Of a stretch of 64,000 nt of DNA, positions 20,907-40,352 are shown in pieces. The position numbers and the translations under genes were made by a program. The notes under the pieces were generated by a model, which was given only the letters and a program-made list of their open reading frames with translations, did not search any database and was not told where the DNA came from. The stretch is from the human T2T-CHM13v2.0 reference genome, Homo sapiens: the NCBI RefSeq assembly GCF_009914755.1, contig NC_060926.1; one strand, 5' to 3'. How positions within the stretch are numbered: position 1 is the first letter of the stretch; the number at the start of each line of letters is the position of its first letter.

Positions 20907-21895
20907 CAGATGTTTCTTGACTTACAATGGGATTACATCCCAATGAACTGATTATAAATTGGCTGGGCATGGTAGTTCATCCCTGTAATCCCAGCACTTT
21001 AGGAGGCTGAGGCAGGAGAATCAAACTCCTGAGCTCAGAAGTTTGAGACTAGCCTCGGCAACATAGTGAGACCCCGTCTCTACAAAAATAAAAAAATTAG
21101 CTGGCTGTGGTGGCATGCACCTGTAGTCCCAGCTATTTAGGAGGCTGAGGTGGGAGGATTGCCTGAGCCCAGGAGGTCAAGACTGCAGTGAGCCAAGATC
21201 ATGCCACTGCACTCCAGCCTGAGCAACAGAACGAGATCCTGTTTTTATTTATTTATTTACTTTTGAGATGGAGTCTCGCTCTGTCGCCCAGGCTGTAGTA
21301 CAATGGCGTGATCTCGGCTCACTGCAAGCTCTGCCTCCCGGCTTCATGCCATTCTCCTGCCTCAGCCTCCAGAGTAGCTGGGACTACAGGCACCCGCCAC
21401 CACGCCGAGCTGATTTTTTGTATTTTTAGTAGAGACAGGGTTTCACTGTGTTGGCCAGGATGGTCTCGATCTCCTGACCTCGTGATCCACCCGCCTCAGC
21501 CTCCCCAAGTGCTGGGATTACAGGCGTGAGCCAGCACGCCTGGCCAGAGACCCTGTTTTAAAAAAATGAAAGAAAGAAAAGAAAAAAGATCATAAGTTAG
21601 AAATATTGTAAGTTGAAAATGCATTTAATACATTTAACCTACTGAACATCATAGCTTAGCCTAAACTATCTTAAATATGCTCAGAACACTTACATTAGCC
21701 TACAGTTGGCCAAATCATCCAATACAAAGTCTACTTTATAATAAAGGATTGAATATCTCATGTGATTTATTGAACACTGTTCTGAAAGTGATAAAAAGGA
21801 ATGAAGTATGGTTTCTACTGATTGTTTACTGCTTTCCCACCACTGTAAAGTTGAGAAATCATAAATCAAACCATCTGTAAGTGAAAGATCATCTG
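20907..21895. mobile_element. MER47-like Tigger-derived DNA transposon relic split by two nested Alus
   Basis: TA|CAGATG..cttgacttacaatggg start and ..gtaagtgaaagatcatCTG|TA end (TIRs, TA TSD); body cctaacctactgaacatcatagcttagcc-like at 21600-21880. Confidence 0.8.
20961..21545. mobile_element. AluJ (+, 20961-21246) with AluY (-, 21247-21545) inserted at its 3' end
   Basis: gagatcctgtttt / gagaccctgtttt duplicated around the AluY. Confidence 0.88.
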
Positions 21896-23094
21896 TATGC
21901 CTATACTATACTATTTTTATTTGAAGTGCTCTTTCACTGAATTCTATCCTTCCCAGCATCTTCAGATATAACTTTGTTATTTGGAGTAGAAATTTGGTAG
22001 TAAGGAATTATACTGTTATTACTTATTCAGCTGTTTGTTGCTTCCGAATAAGGAAGAATTGAACCTATTTATTTATTTGTAATAAGATCTCCCTATGAAT
22101 TTTTTCCATATTATAATAGCAACGCATGCTTATTACCAAAGAAATATCTGACCAAAAAAATAGATATAGACAAATCAGACTTCACCAGAAAATTACTGTT
22201 AAGTAGTTTGTATATAGTCTTTCATGTCCTTGGGAGGGCAGGGGGATAGCACTGGTGATAATATGTATAAATATCCATAGATTGACTATTTTTGGTCAGG
22301 TTTTAAAAATACATATAACTAATATCTTGTTGTGCTTTCCTTTGAGATATTTGCCTACTGCAGTGTTCTGCCCAGGGCAAAATTATTGTATGTTCCACCC
22401 TCCCTCCATACCCAAATAAAGAAAATTAAAATGAGTACAGAGGGGAGTTTAAAAGGGAAAACTTTTCTCAAAAGGGCAGTCTATAGTTCTGCCCATTGAT
22501 TTGGTATTATTATATAAATATATTCCAATGTTTCCATGAGTTTTCCTATATAAATATTAGCTCAAGATTGTACGACATATATTTATGTTGTGGCTTTATC
22601 CAGAGTAAGAAATGCAGCTCTTGCAGGAATTGAGTAGGAGCCAAGTTAATACAAGCTTTGGAAGACTGGAGAACAGGAAGTGGGTAAGGGAGGAAATGAG
22701 AAAGAAATCAACTCTTAGGTGAAGAAATTGGTAACTCCTATTTTTTCTTCAAATTGTACTGTTGCTTAATTTTTTTAAATCAATGATTATTATAATTATC
22801 TATAGTTTCATTATTGGTGAAATTGCATTTGAATGCTCATTAATGAGCGTAATACATCTGAATACTGAGTCTATTTGTGCCAAAATACAAATCCTCAGTA
22901 AATGTATTGACTTTGTTCTGATTGCTTTGTTTTTCTCTATACCTAAGCAGATATTTTAAATTTCAGAAATTGTGCTATAGAATTTTTTTTCAGTTCCAGA
23001 GCTATGGTTTTATTTAATACAAGGTTTATATAAGATTTCCTTATAGAGAAGAAAAATATAATGTACTTATATTTGGTGAGAGGCTTAGGTTAGA

Positions 23095-23220
23095 TTCATT
23101 CTTTCAGTCAGCAATCATTTACTGTGTGTCTACTCTGTGCCAAGCCTTTTAAAGTCAGGTGAAAGATGTTCTCTTTCTGCCTTCATGGAGCCTGTAGTCC
23201 TATGATAAGGATAAAAAAGT
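23095..23220 (-). mobile_element. L2 3' fragment
   Basis: ttcattctttcagtcagcaatcatttactgtgtgtctactctgtgccaagc..ctgccttcatggagc. Confidence 0.6.
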
Positions 23221-23849
23221 AATAGAAGGAGCATAATACTACTTTGCTTCTGTAAAATCAGAAAAACAAGTTTTCATATCTTGGTGAGAGATACCACTTC
23301 CTCCACTTGTTTTTCCAAACCATTGTAAAACTATTTGTGGTTAGATTTGAAAAGCTGAGGTGGGCTTAGAGATATGGCTAAACCTCAGGGCAGAACTGGA
23401 ATGTGCTGTCACAGATTTGATCTGTTAAGCCATAGGAGAGCAGTTTAAGATTTACGTTAAAATTTTGGAGCTCCATTAGTTTTTCACTGATACTTATTTT
23501 AGACAAGCAGACTTTTTTTTTTTGATGTTTATACCAAATATTCCTTTCTGTATTGCCTCCTTTTACAGCCCTATACTATAAATGAAGAGAAAAAACAAGT
23601 GCGTGTTAGAATCTGAAGTGGCAGCATGTTTGTTAGTTTTAGTTAATGTTTAACTATACATGCAACAGGAGTTATATTATAAAATATATTAGAAAATAGT
23701 GATGAGTGTGAGTTGAAATTCCGATTTCTTTTTTGTTATTAGAAAATTAATGGGCAGAAAAATAATACTACTTCTATATTTATGTATGTTCATTTCATGT
23801 TCAATAGTCCCTTTTATTCATTGATAAATATTTGAAATTATCCAAACAG

Positions 23850-24010
23850 ATCATTATAAACCTGCAATTTCCCATCGAGATTTAAACAGCAGAAATGTCC
23901 TAGTGAAAAATGATGGAACCTGTGTTATTAGTGACTTTGGACTGTCCATGAGGCTGACTGGAAATAGACTGGTGCGCCCAGGGGAGGAAGATAATGCAGC
24001 CATAAGCGAG
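23850..24010 (+). CDS. BMPR2: BMPR2 exon 8 (catalytic loop, DFG), 161 bp
   Basis: aacag|ATCATT...AGCGAG|gtgagt; [35 protein letters not shown]. Confidence 0.98.
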
Positions 24011-24033
24011 GTGAGTGTATACAAAAGGTATCA

Positions 24034-25301
<1,268 letters not shown>

Positions 25302-25585
25302 ACCCAGCTGTATTTTTGTGAATTTTAAAAAATATTAAGTTGTATACATATTGTTTTGCAATTTTCTCACTGTATCTTACAGATTATTTATATTGATATA
25401 CATAGGAAAGTCTAGCTCATTCTTTTTGATTGATTAATAGTATTCACTAAAATGGATTTACCACAGTTTACTTATTCAGGAAGGGCATTTTATAGGTAAA
25501 AAATAAGTTATAGAAAGGTTTAATGACATGGTTAGGGTCAAATAACATTGACATGACTAAGATTTATATATAACTTCTGGTCTAA

Positions 25586-25882
<297 letters not shown>

Positions 25883-26184
25883 TAAGAATCTTTTTACTTT
25901 CATTTAAACCTTTAGTTCATTGCTATCTAGTGTTTAGAAACATTATTAGCAGCAGGATGCAAATTAGGAATTTTTTTTTTTAGAGTACTCCAGGTTTTCA
26001 TCTGAGTGAAATTTAATTAATTGCCAGTAATAGCTTATCTAACTGTATTTTGTTTGGTCTCTGATTGCTTTAGCAGTAAACATTTTCCTTATGCACCATC
26101 TGAGTGTTTGAGACAAGGTACACTTACGATGTTTACTGAGTTGAACCCAGAAGGAATTAGAAGCAATGAATTATTTGTAAACAC

Positions 26185-26312
26185 TTTTTCCTTTTCTTTT
26201 TTTTTCATGCTCCCTTTCTCCCTCCTTCCTTCTTTCCTTCTTTCTTCCTTCCTTCCTCTTCTCTCACCTTATCTCCTTCCCTTCCTCCTCTTTTCTCTTC
26301 TTCCTTCCTTTC
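26185..26312. repeat. CT-rich low-complexity polypyrimidine tract
   Basis: (CCTT/CTTT)-type degenerate repeat. Confidence 0.8.
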
Positions 26313-26330
26313 AATGAAAGAATACTCATT

Positions 26331-26952
<622 letters not shown>

Positions 26953-27214
26953 TTATAGTTTTCCCTTCTTAGGGATTACATCGTTGTAGTATCATCTAAA
27001 AACTTTAACTATAAATCTGGCATTGCATTCTTCTAGGTGCTATACAGATGATTTGATCTGTGTGGCCACTGTCTTTTAGGAGTAACACCATTAAAAGCAT
27101 AGAAAAAGGAACTAGCATTGGACAAATTTATGAAATAGAGCTATTTAATTTAAAAAGATTAATAATGGAGTTGAATTGTTTGGCTTTAAAGACATTAGGC
27201 ATTACACATTAGTT

Positions 27215-27296
27215 TATATATATCAAGTGTGTGTATATATATATACACACACACACACATATATATGTATCGTGTGTGTGTATATATATATATATA
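27215..27296. repeat. compound (TA)/(TG)/(CA) microsatellite
   Basis: direct reading; includes 26-bp perfect palindrome 27227-27252. Confidence 0.9.
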
Positions 27297-27308
27297 AATA
27301 AAATTTTT

Positions 27309-29222
27309 ATTTATTTATTTATTTATTTATTTATTTTTTATTGATAATTCTTGGGTGTTTCTCACAGAGGGGGATTTGGCTGGGTCATAGGACAATAGTG
27401 GAGGGAAGGTCAGCAGATAAACAAGTGAACAAAGGTCTCTGGTTTTCCTAGGCAGAGGACCCTGCGGCCTTCCGCAGTGTTTGTGTCCCTGGGTACTTGA
27501 GATTAGGGAGTGGTGATGACTCTTAACGAGCATGCTGCCTTCAAGCATCTGTTTAACAAAGCACATCTTGCACCGCCCTTAATCCATTTAACCCTGAGTG
27601 GGACACAGCACATGTTTCAGAGAGCACAGGGTTGGGGGCAAGGTCACAGATCAACAGGATCCCAAGGCAGAAGAAGTTTTCTTAGTACAGAACAAAATGG
27701 AAAGTCTCCCATGTCTACTTCTTTCTACACAGACACGGCAACCATCTGATTTCTCAATCTTTTCCCCACCTTTCCCGCCTTTCTATTCCACAAAGCCGCC
27801 ATTGTCATCCTGGCCCGTTCTCAATGAGCTGTTGGGCACACCTCCCAGACGGGGTGGTGGCCGGGCAGAGAGGCTCCTCACCTCCCGGACGGGGCCGCTG
27901 GCCAGGCGGGGGGCTGACCCCCCCACCTCCCTCCCGGACGGGGCGGCTGGCCGGGCGGGGGGCTGACCCCCCCACCTCCCTCCCGGACGGGGCGGCTGGC
28001 CGGGCGGGGGGCTGACCCCCCCCACCTCCTGGCCGGGCGGGTGGCTGACCCCCCGCCACCTCCCTCCCGGACGGGGCGGCTGGCCGGGCGGGTGGCTGAC
28101 CCCCCCACCTCCCTCCCGGACGGGTCGGCTGGCCGGGCGGGTGGCTGACCCCCCCACCTCCCTCCCGGACGGGTCGGCTGGCCTGGCTGGGGGCTGACCC
28201 CCCCACCTCCCTCCCGGACGGGGCGGCTGGCCGGGCGGGGGGCTGACCCCCCCACCTCCCTCCCGGATGGGGCGGCTGGCCTGGCGGGGGGCTGACCCCC
28301 CCCACCTCCCTCCCGGACGGGGTGGCTGCCGGGCGGAGACACTCCTCACTTCCCAGACGGAGCGGCTGCTGGGCGGAGAGGCTCCTCACTTCTCAGACGG
28401 GGCGGCTCCCGGGCGGAGGGGCTCCTCACTTCTCAGACGGGGCGGTTGCCAGGCAGAGGGTCTCCTCACTTCTCAGACGGGGCGGCCGGGCAGAGACGCT
28501 CCTCACCTCCCAGACGGGGTCTCGGCTGGGCAGAGGCGCTCCTCACATCCCAGACGGGGCGGCGGGGCAGAGGCGCTCCCCACATCTCAGACGATGGGCG
28601 GCCGGGCAGAGACGCTCCTCACTTCCTAGATGTGATGGCGGCCAGGAAGAGGTGCTCCTCACTTCCTAGATGGGATGGCGGCCGGGCGGAGACGCTCCCC
28701 ACTTTCCAGACTGGGCAGCCGGGCAGAGGGGCTCCTCACATCCCAGATGATGGGCGGCCAGGCAGAGACGCTCCTCACTTCCCAGACGGGGTGGCGGCCG
28801 GGCAGAGGCTGCAATCTCAGCACTTTGGGAGGCCAAGGCAGGCGGCTGGGAGGTGGAGGTTGTAGCGAGCCGAGATCACGCCACTGCACTCCAGCCTGGG
28901 CACCATTGAGCACTGAGTGAACGAGACTCCGTCTGCAATCCCGGCACCTCGGGAGGCCGAGGCTGGCGGATCACTCGCGGTTAGGGGCTGGAGACCGGCC
29001 TGGCCAACACAGCGAAACCCCGTCTCCACCAAAACCAGTCAGGCGTGGCGGCGCGTGCCTGCAATCGCAGGCACTCGGCAGGCTGAGGCAGGAGAATCAG
29101 GCAGGGAGGTTGCAGTGAGCTGAGATGGCAGCAGTACAGTCCAGCTTCGGCTCGGCATGAGAGGGAGACCGTGGAAAGAGAGGGAGAGGGAGACCGTGGG
29201 GAGAGGGAGAGGGAGAGGGAGC
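27309..29222 (-). mobile_element. full-length SVA retrotransposon (younger, D-F-like; subfamily not resolved)
   Basis: (TTTA)n tail, SINE-R ~27340-27840, GC-rich VNTR ~27840-28810, Alu-like domain ~28815-29155, short CCCTCT hexamer head; exact 14-bp TSD taaataaaattttt at 27295-27308 and 29223-29236; TT/AAAA endonuclease site on minus strand. Confidence 0.97.
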
Positions 29223-29239
29223 TAAATAAAATTTTTTTA

Positions 29240-30305
29240 AGAGACAGAGCCTCACTCTGTCACCTAGGCTGGAGTGCAGTGGTGTGATCACAGCTCACTG
29301 CAGCCTTGACCTCCCCAGGCTCAGGTGATTCTCCCACCTCAGCCTCTGAGTAGCTGGGACTACAGGCATGCACCACCAAGCCTGGTTCATTTTTGTATTT
29401 TTTTGTAGAGACAAGGTTTCACCATGTTGCTCAGGCTGGTCTCAAACTCCTGGGCTCAAGTGATCCACCCACTTCAGCCTCCAAAAGTGCCTGGATTACA
29501 GGAGTGAGCCACCGCACCAGGCCAAACATTAGTTTGTAATTCAAAAATATAATGAAATAAATCAGTGATTAGTAGATTAAGTACAGGTTAATCAGTTATC
29601 TAGAAGTATATTTTCTAGTTAATTAAAAGTACAGAGATTCAATTGAGGCATTTTTCTGAAAATAGCAGTAATTGCAGTAGTATCAACAAGTACTTTTTTT
29701 GGCCGGGTGCGGTGGCTCACGCCTGTAATCCCAGCACCTTAGGAGGCCGAGGCAAGTGTATCACCTGAGGTCGGGAGTTCAAGACCAGCCTGACCAACAT
29801 GGTGAAACCCTGTCTCTACTAAAAATACAAAATTAGCTGGATGTGGTGGCACATGCCTGTAATCCCAGCTACTTGGGAGGCTGAGGCAGGAGAATCGCTT
29901 GAACCCCGGAGGCAGAGTTTGCAAGGCTGAGATTGCACCATTGCACTCCAGCCTGGGCAACAAGAGTGAAACTCGGTCTCAAAAAAAAAAAAAAAAAAAA
30001 GAAGTACTTTTTTTGTTTTGTTTTTAAGAGACAGGGTCTCACTCCTGCCCAGGCCGGAGTGCAGTAGTGCAATCATAGCTCACTGCAGCACTGAACTCTT
30101 GGGCTCAAGCAGTCCTCCTGCTCAGCCTCCTGAGTAGCTAGGACTACAGGTGCATGCCACCACGCCCGGCTAGTATTTTATTTTTTGTCGAGACAGTGTT
30201 TTGCTGTATTGCCCAGGCTGGCCTCGAACTCCTGGGCTCAAGTGATCCTCCTGCCTCAGCCTCCCAAAATGCTGTGATTGCAGGCATGAGCCACCACACC
30301 CAAAC
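29240..30305. mobile_element. Alus 29240-29523 (-), 29701-30000 (+), 30007-30305 (-)
   Basis: Alu consensus; aagtactttttt TSD for the + copy. Confidence 0.88.
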
Positions 30306-30624
30306 CCACAAGTATTGTATTATCAGAACTTTGACCACAGTTTGGTAATTTCTTTGTTAATAGTCTCATGTAGGATTTTTGTTTTAGAAGCATGTCTGAC
30401 TGAAATGATTTTTTCATCAGATTAGTACACTGCTACAAACAATATATTTTGAAAAACTACTGTGTTCAAAGAATGACTATCGCTTTTGATCTGATAAATA
30501 ATAAAGAATGATATTAAATGTTTGAATAGGGAAAGGCAATTAAATCTTGTTTTCAGAAGATTATTTTAGCAAATATGTAGGATTAATTAAAATAGAAATA
30601 GAACTAGAAGGGGCTTAAAAAGGA

Positions 30625-30815
30625 AAAAGAAATGGAGAGTTACTGTTTAATGGGTACAGAGTTTCAGTTTGGGAAGATAGAAACAGTTCTAGAAATGGTT
30701 AGTAGTAATGGTTGTACAATAGTGTGAATGTACTTAATACCACAGAATGGTGCACTTAAAAATGGTTAAAATGATCAGTTTTATGTTATGTATATTCTAC
30801 CACGATAAAAAAAAA
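30625..30815 (+). mobile_element. L1MB-like 3' end
   Basis: gagttactgtttaatgggtacagagtttcagtttggg..cacttaaaaatggttaaaatg..A tail. Confidence 0.8.
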
Positions 30816-30948
30816 ATAAAGGAATAAGAAGAGAGTTGCTTTAAAATACCCCGTAATCTTGGATATGGAAATGGGGAGAGGCAAATCTGGGAGAAAATGC
30901 AGAGAAGAAATCTGTACTTGTGGTTATCTGTTAAAAGAATGAGATGTC

Positions 30949-32017
<1,069 letters not shown>

Positions 32018-34267
32018 TTAAAAATAATAAATAAGATGGAAATTTAAGATTAAAATGGTTATTTGGGAGTTGTCTACATAGAGATGGTAACTGAGAAGTT
32101 ATGAGTCGATGCACTCCTTTAACTGGAACATAAAAAGAAAGAAAAATAGGTGAATAATGACTGAATATTGGGGTACTACCCCCATGAAGTAGGTTAATTA
32201 AGAAGACAAATGATCAGAAAAGTAGTGAGAAAACTGAAAAATCCTAATGCCTTGTAAGTCAGTATTAGAAAACTTTAAGAACTAAGATTTCAGCCTGAGG
32301 AAGCTGATTAAAAAATAAAAATAAAAAACCACACCAAGATTGATGGCAATAGATGTAATTGAAAAGAGGAAACAGAACTGAGGAATGATTTTTGAATTTG
32401 AGTAGGAGGAGGTCATTGGTATTTTTAGAAGAGTTTCTGTGGAATACAGAACACAGAAATCATGTTACAGAGTGTATATAGGAGGGGAAAGTATTTAAAA
32501 AGCACAGTCAAGGGATACAGGGCACTCTTGAAAATTTTAACAATTAAATGAGGTGGAAGTAGAAAAGAAAAAAGGATCATATAAATATATTAATAAACCT
32601 AGAGAATAGTGTATACTAACTATAAAATTCTTATAAAACATTTTTTAAACTTTTATGATATACCTCAAAATGCAGTATGTGCTGTATTATTAAATGGAAA
32701 CACTATGTAATGAAGGTTACTTCTCTATAAAATGTTAGTAAAATAAATGATTTATCTGTATTACAGAGGAAGAGTGAAATGCTACAAAGTTTAAATAGAA
32801 GGGGGAGAAGGAAGAAAAAAAGAAGAGATAGAAAAAGGAAGAAAGAATAAGTGTAATTTGAGAAGGGAGCTAAAAAAAGGTCTGTAACTGGTAGAGACAT
32901 AGTTAACAAGTGGCACATGGGGTGAGAAGCAGGTAATGGTATCTGATAGTGCTAGATATTACTATAAGATATTTTGGGCAGTTCTAAAGAAAATGAGATT
33001 ATAAAACTTTCCTTGAGCAATCCAGCGATAGTAAGGAAATTCAGTAAGGTTTTAAGGAAATCCAATAAGGTTATTATCTTCCATGATGATGATTTTTGTC
33101 ATTAACATTCACCTTTGTATCTCTAATACCTAACACTAAGTTAGCACTAAACAAGTTTCTATTGAACAATTAGATTTTGAACTGTGAAGATTTAGTGGAA
33201 ATTTATTTGGTAATTCTTAACCATTGCATTCATAAAAGATTGTGCTTCAATTTCCTTTAGCAACTTTTAAAATTATAATTTGGACCTAATTTTTTAAAAG
33301 AGTGAAATTGTGAATTTTTAGTTATTCTACTAAACCAGCATTTGAAAAAAAAATAATAAATAACACTTGGAAGGTATGTGTATGTGTTGTGTGTATGTCT
33401 CAGAGACAGATCAGATACATTAGTAAATACCTTGCAATTCACAGATGGTATAGGATAAGGTTTTATCACATGGGGTTTCAAGGAAGAAAGTGATATACTA
33501 ACTGCCATGATTATTAAATCCTTTAATTTTATCTCTCAAGTTCGATGTTGATGTTATTGATCAACACTAAGTATCTGCTTAAATGTTTACAGTATGTGAA
33601 ACTCACTTGTATTTATACATAAGGCAGTATTACAACAAACTTGGGCGATGCTGCACAGATAATAGAATTAATCTTTGTAAATCTTTTTTAATATTGGTGG
33701 AGGGCAAGTATTTATTAGTTGTTTTGAGTATTCAAATAGAAACAAAACTTAAATGAAACATAAACTTATTTGTAATGTGGTTTCCATCTGGGTCATTATA
33801 ACTTTGTATTATCTCCATGTAAGTGATATAAGGAAGGCTGCAGACATTGCCATTTTGCTTACAGGAAGTCTGAAACACAGAATAGTTAAATGACTTTTCC
33901 AAGGTCAAGATGAAGTGAAGATTAGAACCTAAATGCCTTATCCTCTGTCTTGGCGTTCTTCCTTCTAATTTATCTTGTCATTTTAATAGGGTGGGAGGAC
34001 GGGTAAAGAGACAGGAACAGTCTCTGTGTTCTTTGCCATGGTTTCTACTAGATCATTGAGTGTTGGTCCCAGGGGTCTTCTATGTGGTTCAATATATTAT
34101 ATACATAAACTTAATTTTATTATCATATTTTGTAAAAATCAAAAGCCTAACATCAGAGTTGATTGTGCTTATTGGCAATGAATAGGGTTATTAAATAGTG
34201 ATAAAATAGTTAATAATATTTAAGTCCATGATCTAAATACTACCTGTTAGTTAAAAGGAATTTTTAG

Positions 34268-36410
<2,143 letters not shown>

Positions 36411-37058
36411 GTAAAATTCACAACAATGAAATATCTCAAGTCCCCTGCCATTTGAGTAAGTTGTTGTTACAACACTGAAAACATCTTACAAATTAACAAA
36501 TATACACTCATATAATCTTTTAGTATAAATAGGATAATCTAATTATCTACTATCATTTCTGAAGTTTATTTTTTTACTTAAACACATTTTTTTAATGTCA
36601 GTACCTCTAGATGTATCTATTTCTCTCCATTTGGTCAGTATTCTATTGATAAAATCATATAATGATTCTATTGGATGATATATGATAATTATTGTATTAA
36701 AAAGGAAAAAACTACCTCTCCCTACTATCACTCTCCGTAAGTAACTCCCTTTAGCAATCTTTTGGGTTTTTTCTCTTCCAAAGATTACCATTATAACTTC
36801 AAATACTCTATCTATTCTTAAGTTATCTCTCGTTTACTTTCTCCCAGTTTGTAATATTCTATTATTAAATGATTTATGTTTTGTCTGTAAATTCATCTAA
36901 TATTTAAATACAATAACGAGAAATTTTTGGTATTATGATTATGTAAGCATTCACTGCACAACAAAGTATTGTGCTTGGATTTATAGGAAATAAAAATTCT
37001 ACATTAGTTACTAAAATCTCCCCTGCGCTTTGGGGAGAATGTTTCAAGTTATCATCCA

Positions 37059-37338
<280 letters not shown>

Positions 37339-37879
37339 TCATCTTTCTTTGTCTTGTTTTTAGGCTATACTCAGAAGCGCATTAAAAATCTCATGTCATT
37401 CTCTTTCTTGTAAACGATTGTTTTTTTGATGAAGTTCCTCCTTAAGTAATGTGTATTAGTATGTGTATGGTGGTAAACATTATGAATCCTTGCATGTTTA
37501 AAAATGTTTTTATCTTGCCCTCACACTCGAGTAATAATCTGGCTGGATAATAGTTTCAATATCATAATTATTTTCTTCACAACTTTGAAACTACTACTCC
37601 ATCATTCTCTAGCCTACAATCTCCATGTGCTCTAGGCCCTAGTCTCCAGTCTAATGAGAATTTCAGTGCCATCCTGAATCGTTTCATTGCTTTTTGTTTC
37701 GTTATGTTTTTGTTTTATCCTCTTAATTTTTTTTCTCTATAAGCTTTTAAGACTTTATCACTAGAATTGTGAAATTTCACCTTGATGTTTGTAGGCATGG
37801 ATCTTTACACACATTTTGCTTGGCACTGGGTAGGTTTTCAGTTTGAAAATTCAAAAGTTTCTTAAATTCAGAGGAATTT

Positions 37880-38210
<331 letters not shown>

Positions 38211-38329
38211 TAATTATTTCTTACCTTTCAATTCTTCCTTCTGGAATTCCCACTAGACAAATATTGTACCACCTGACATTCTAAGAATCATTTTTTTCTT
38301 ATATTTTCCATTTTTTCTCCCTCTATGTT

Positions 38330-38518
38330 TTTCTTCCTCCCGTCCCCCTCCCCTCCCCCTCCACCTCCCCCTCTGCCTCCCCCTCCCCTCCGCTTCCCCC
38401 CACCTCTTCCCCCTTCCCTCTGCTTCCCTCTCTCCCCTCCTCCCCACTTCCCCTCCTTCCCCCCTTCCCCTCCTTCCCCCCTTCCCCCCTTCCCCTCCTT
38501 CCCCCCTTCCCCTCCCCA
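38330..38518. repeat. C-rich polypyrimidine tract (CCCCTT-type)
   Basis: ~190 bp almost only C/T. Confidence 0.9.
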
Positions 38519-39859
38519 CACACCTGGCCTCCCTTACTACATTTTTCAAGATTTACTCAGCTTTATCTTCAAATGACCCATTTAGTTTTCACTATTACCC
38601 TTGTATCAGTTATCTATTCATTAAAGTTTTAGCTTCCACGATCATAATTATATTTCCAGAAACTCGTTTGCCTTTTCCATAGCAATCTGTTCTTATTTCC
38701 AGAATGTAATAAGAGTGATTCATTCTGAAGGTGTTGTTTTTATGCTTTACACAAATTAATTTTCTTGACTATAATAAAAGGACAAAAAGTGAAAAAATAA
38801 GCAACTTAAATTATTTTACTATGTATTTTCACATTTCAATTTTAGATTGTCTTGGTAGGACTAAAATAATATTTCCATTTTGGATCCTGATTTAAGTGGG
38901 GTGATGTCATGTCAGAGACAGGCTAGAGACACATTATAGTTTCCATACAGATTTAGAATGAGCACTGTCTTCATTGGTTATCTTAGTCACTAGGTTACTT
39001 TCAAGTTTGGCTTCTGTTTCAAGTCAGATTGAAATATTTAAGTATGTGGCAATTAAGGAGCCTATTGTCAAGCACATACGTCCAAGATTGCTTCCAAAAC
39101 TACAGTCCCTGCTATGGGAACTGGGACAGATTTTTGAGAGGTCCCTGATAGCAAGTGAGAGGCTGAATACTTTACTAGGATTAATTAGAGGTGCCAGCCT
39201 CACAATAGAGTATCCCTAAAAGAAAAATCTGTGAAATTTTATTCTAGTAAAATACAACTTCATCTTCCTTAAATTGTTTTATTTCACCAGCGCAAATGGG
39301 ATCTATTATTTTGAAATATCTCTCGGCAACCCTATTATTATGAGATATGCATCATATGCATATTTACCTGAAAACTTTTTACTTCCAGTATAGAGTAGGT
39401 TGCCAAGTAAGGAATTCATAATACTTGGTTCACTTCCAGGGAATCCATTTAAATCTAATGTGCTACAGTCAATAAACTGCTTCTCTGCAGTGACAATCCA
39501 ATACTAGAGTTAGGTAGCAAGTACATAGTTTATAAAAAGAGAGAAATGCAGCTATGTCTAAAGAAGCCATTTTTGCTTTCATAGTTGCATTGAGATTAAG
39601 AAACATTCCTTTAGTAGTAAAACTCAGAATCTTTCAAATATTAATGAATATAAAAACTAGCTTTAATTTTATAAATTGCCAGGGACTCAAGCATAGTTTA
39701 GTCAATAAAGGGGGGAAGAATAGTTTCCTGATAAAAATGAAAGCATAGAAAATAGTCTAAAGGAAATACATGAAAATGTTAAACCATAGTTATCTCTGAA
39801 TATTGAGTTCATAAATGACTTTTTCTTCCTATATGTTTCAGAATTTACAGTAAAAATGA

Positions 39860-40352
<493 letters not shown>

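Noticed and set aside
27880-28810. Regular repeat array resembling CRISPR
   Set aside because: Tandem units without unique spacers in eukaryotic DNA; it is the SVA VNTR.
27327-29291. Many overlapping 60-194 aa Gly/Pro/Arg-rich ORFs
   Set aside because: All lie in the SVA, mostly the stop-poor GC-rich VNTR; periodic translations, not genes.
38253-38576. Pro-rich and Gly/Arg/Glu-rich ORFs
   Set aside because: Translations of the C/T low-complexity tract.
38850-39360. Repeat-free, slightly more GC-rich intronic stretch with an 81-aa ORF
   Set aside because: Non-ATG start, no recognisable domain or convincing splice pair; conservation cannot be assessed without alignments.
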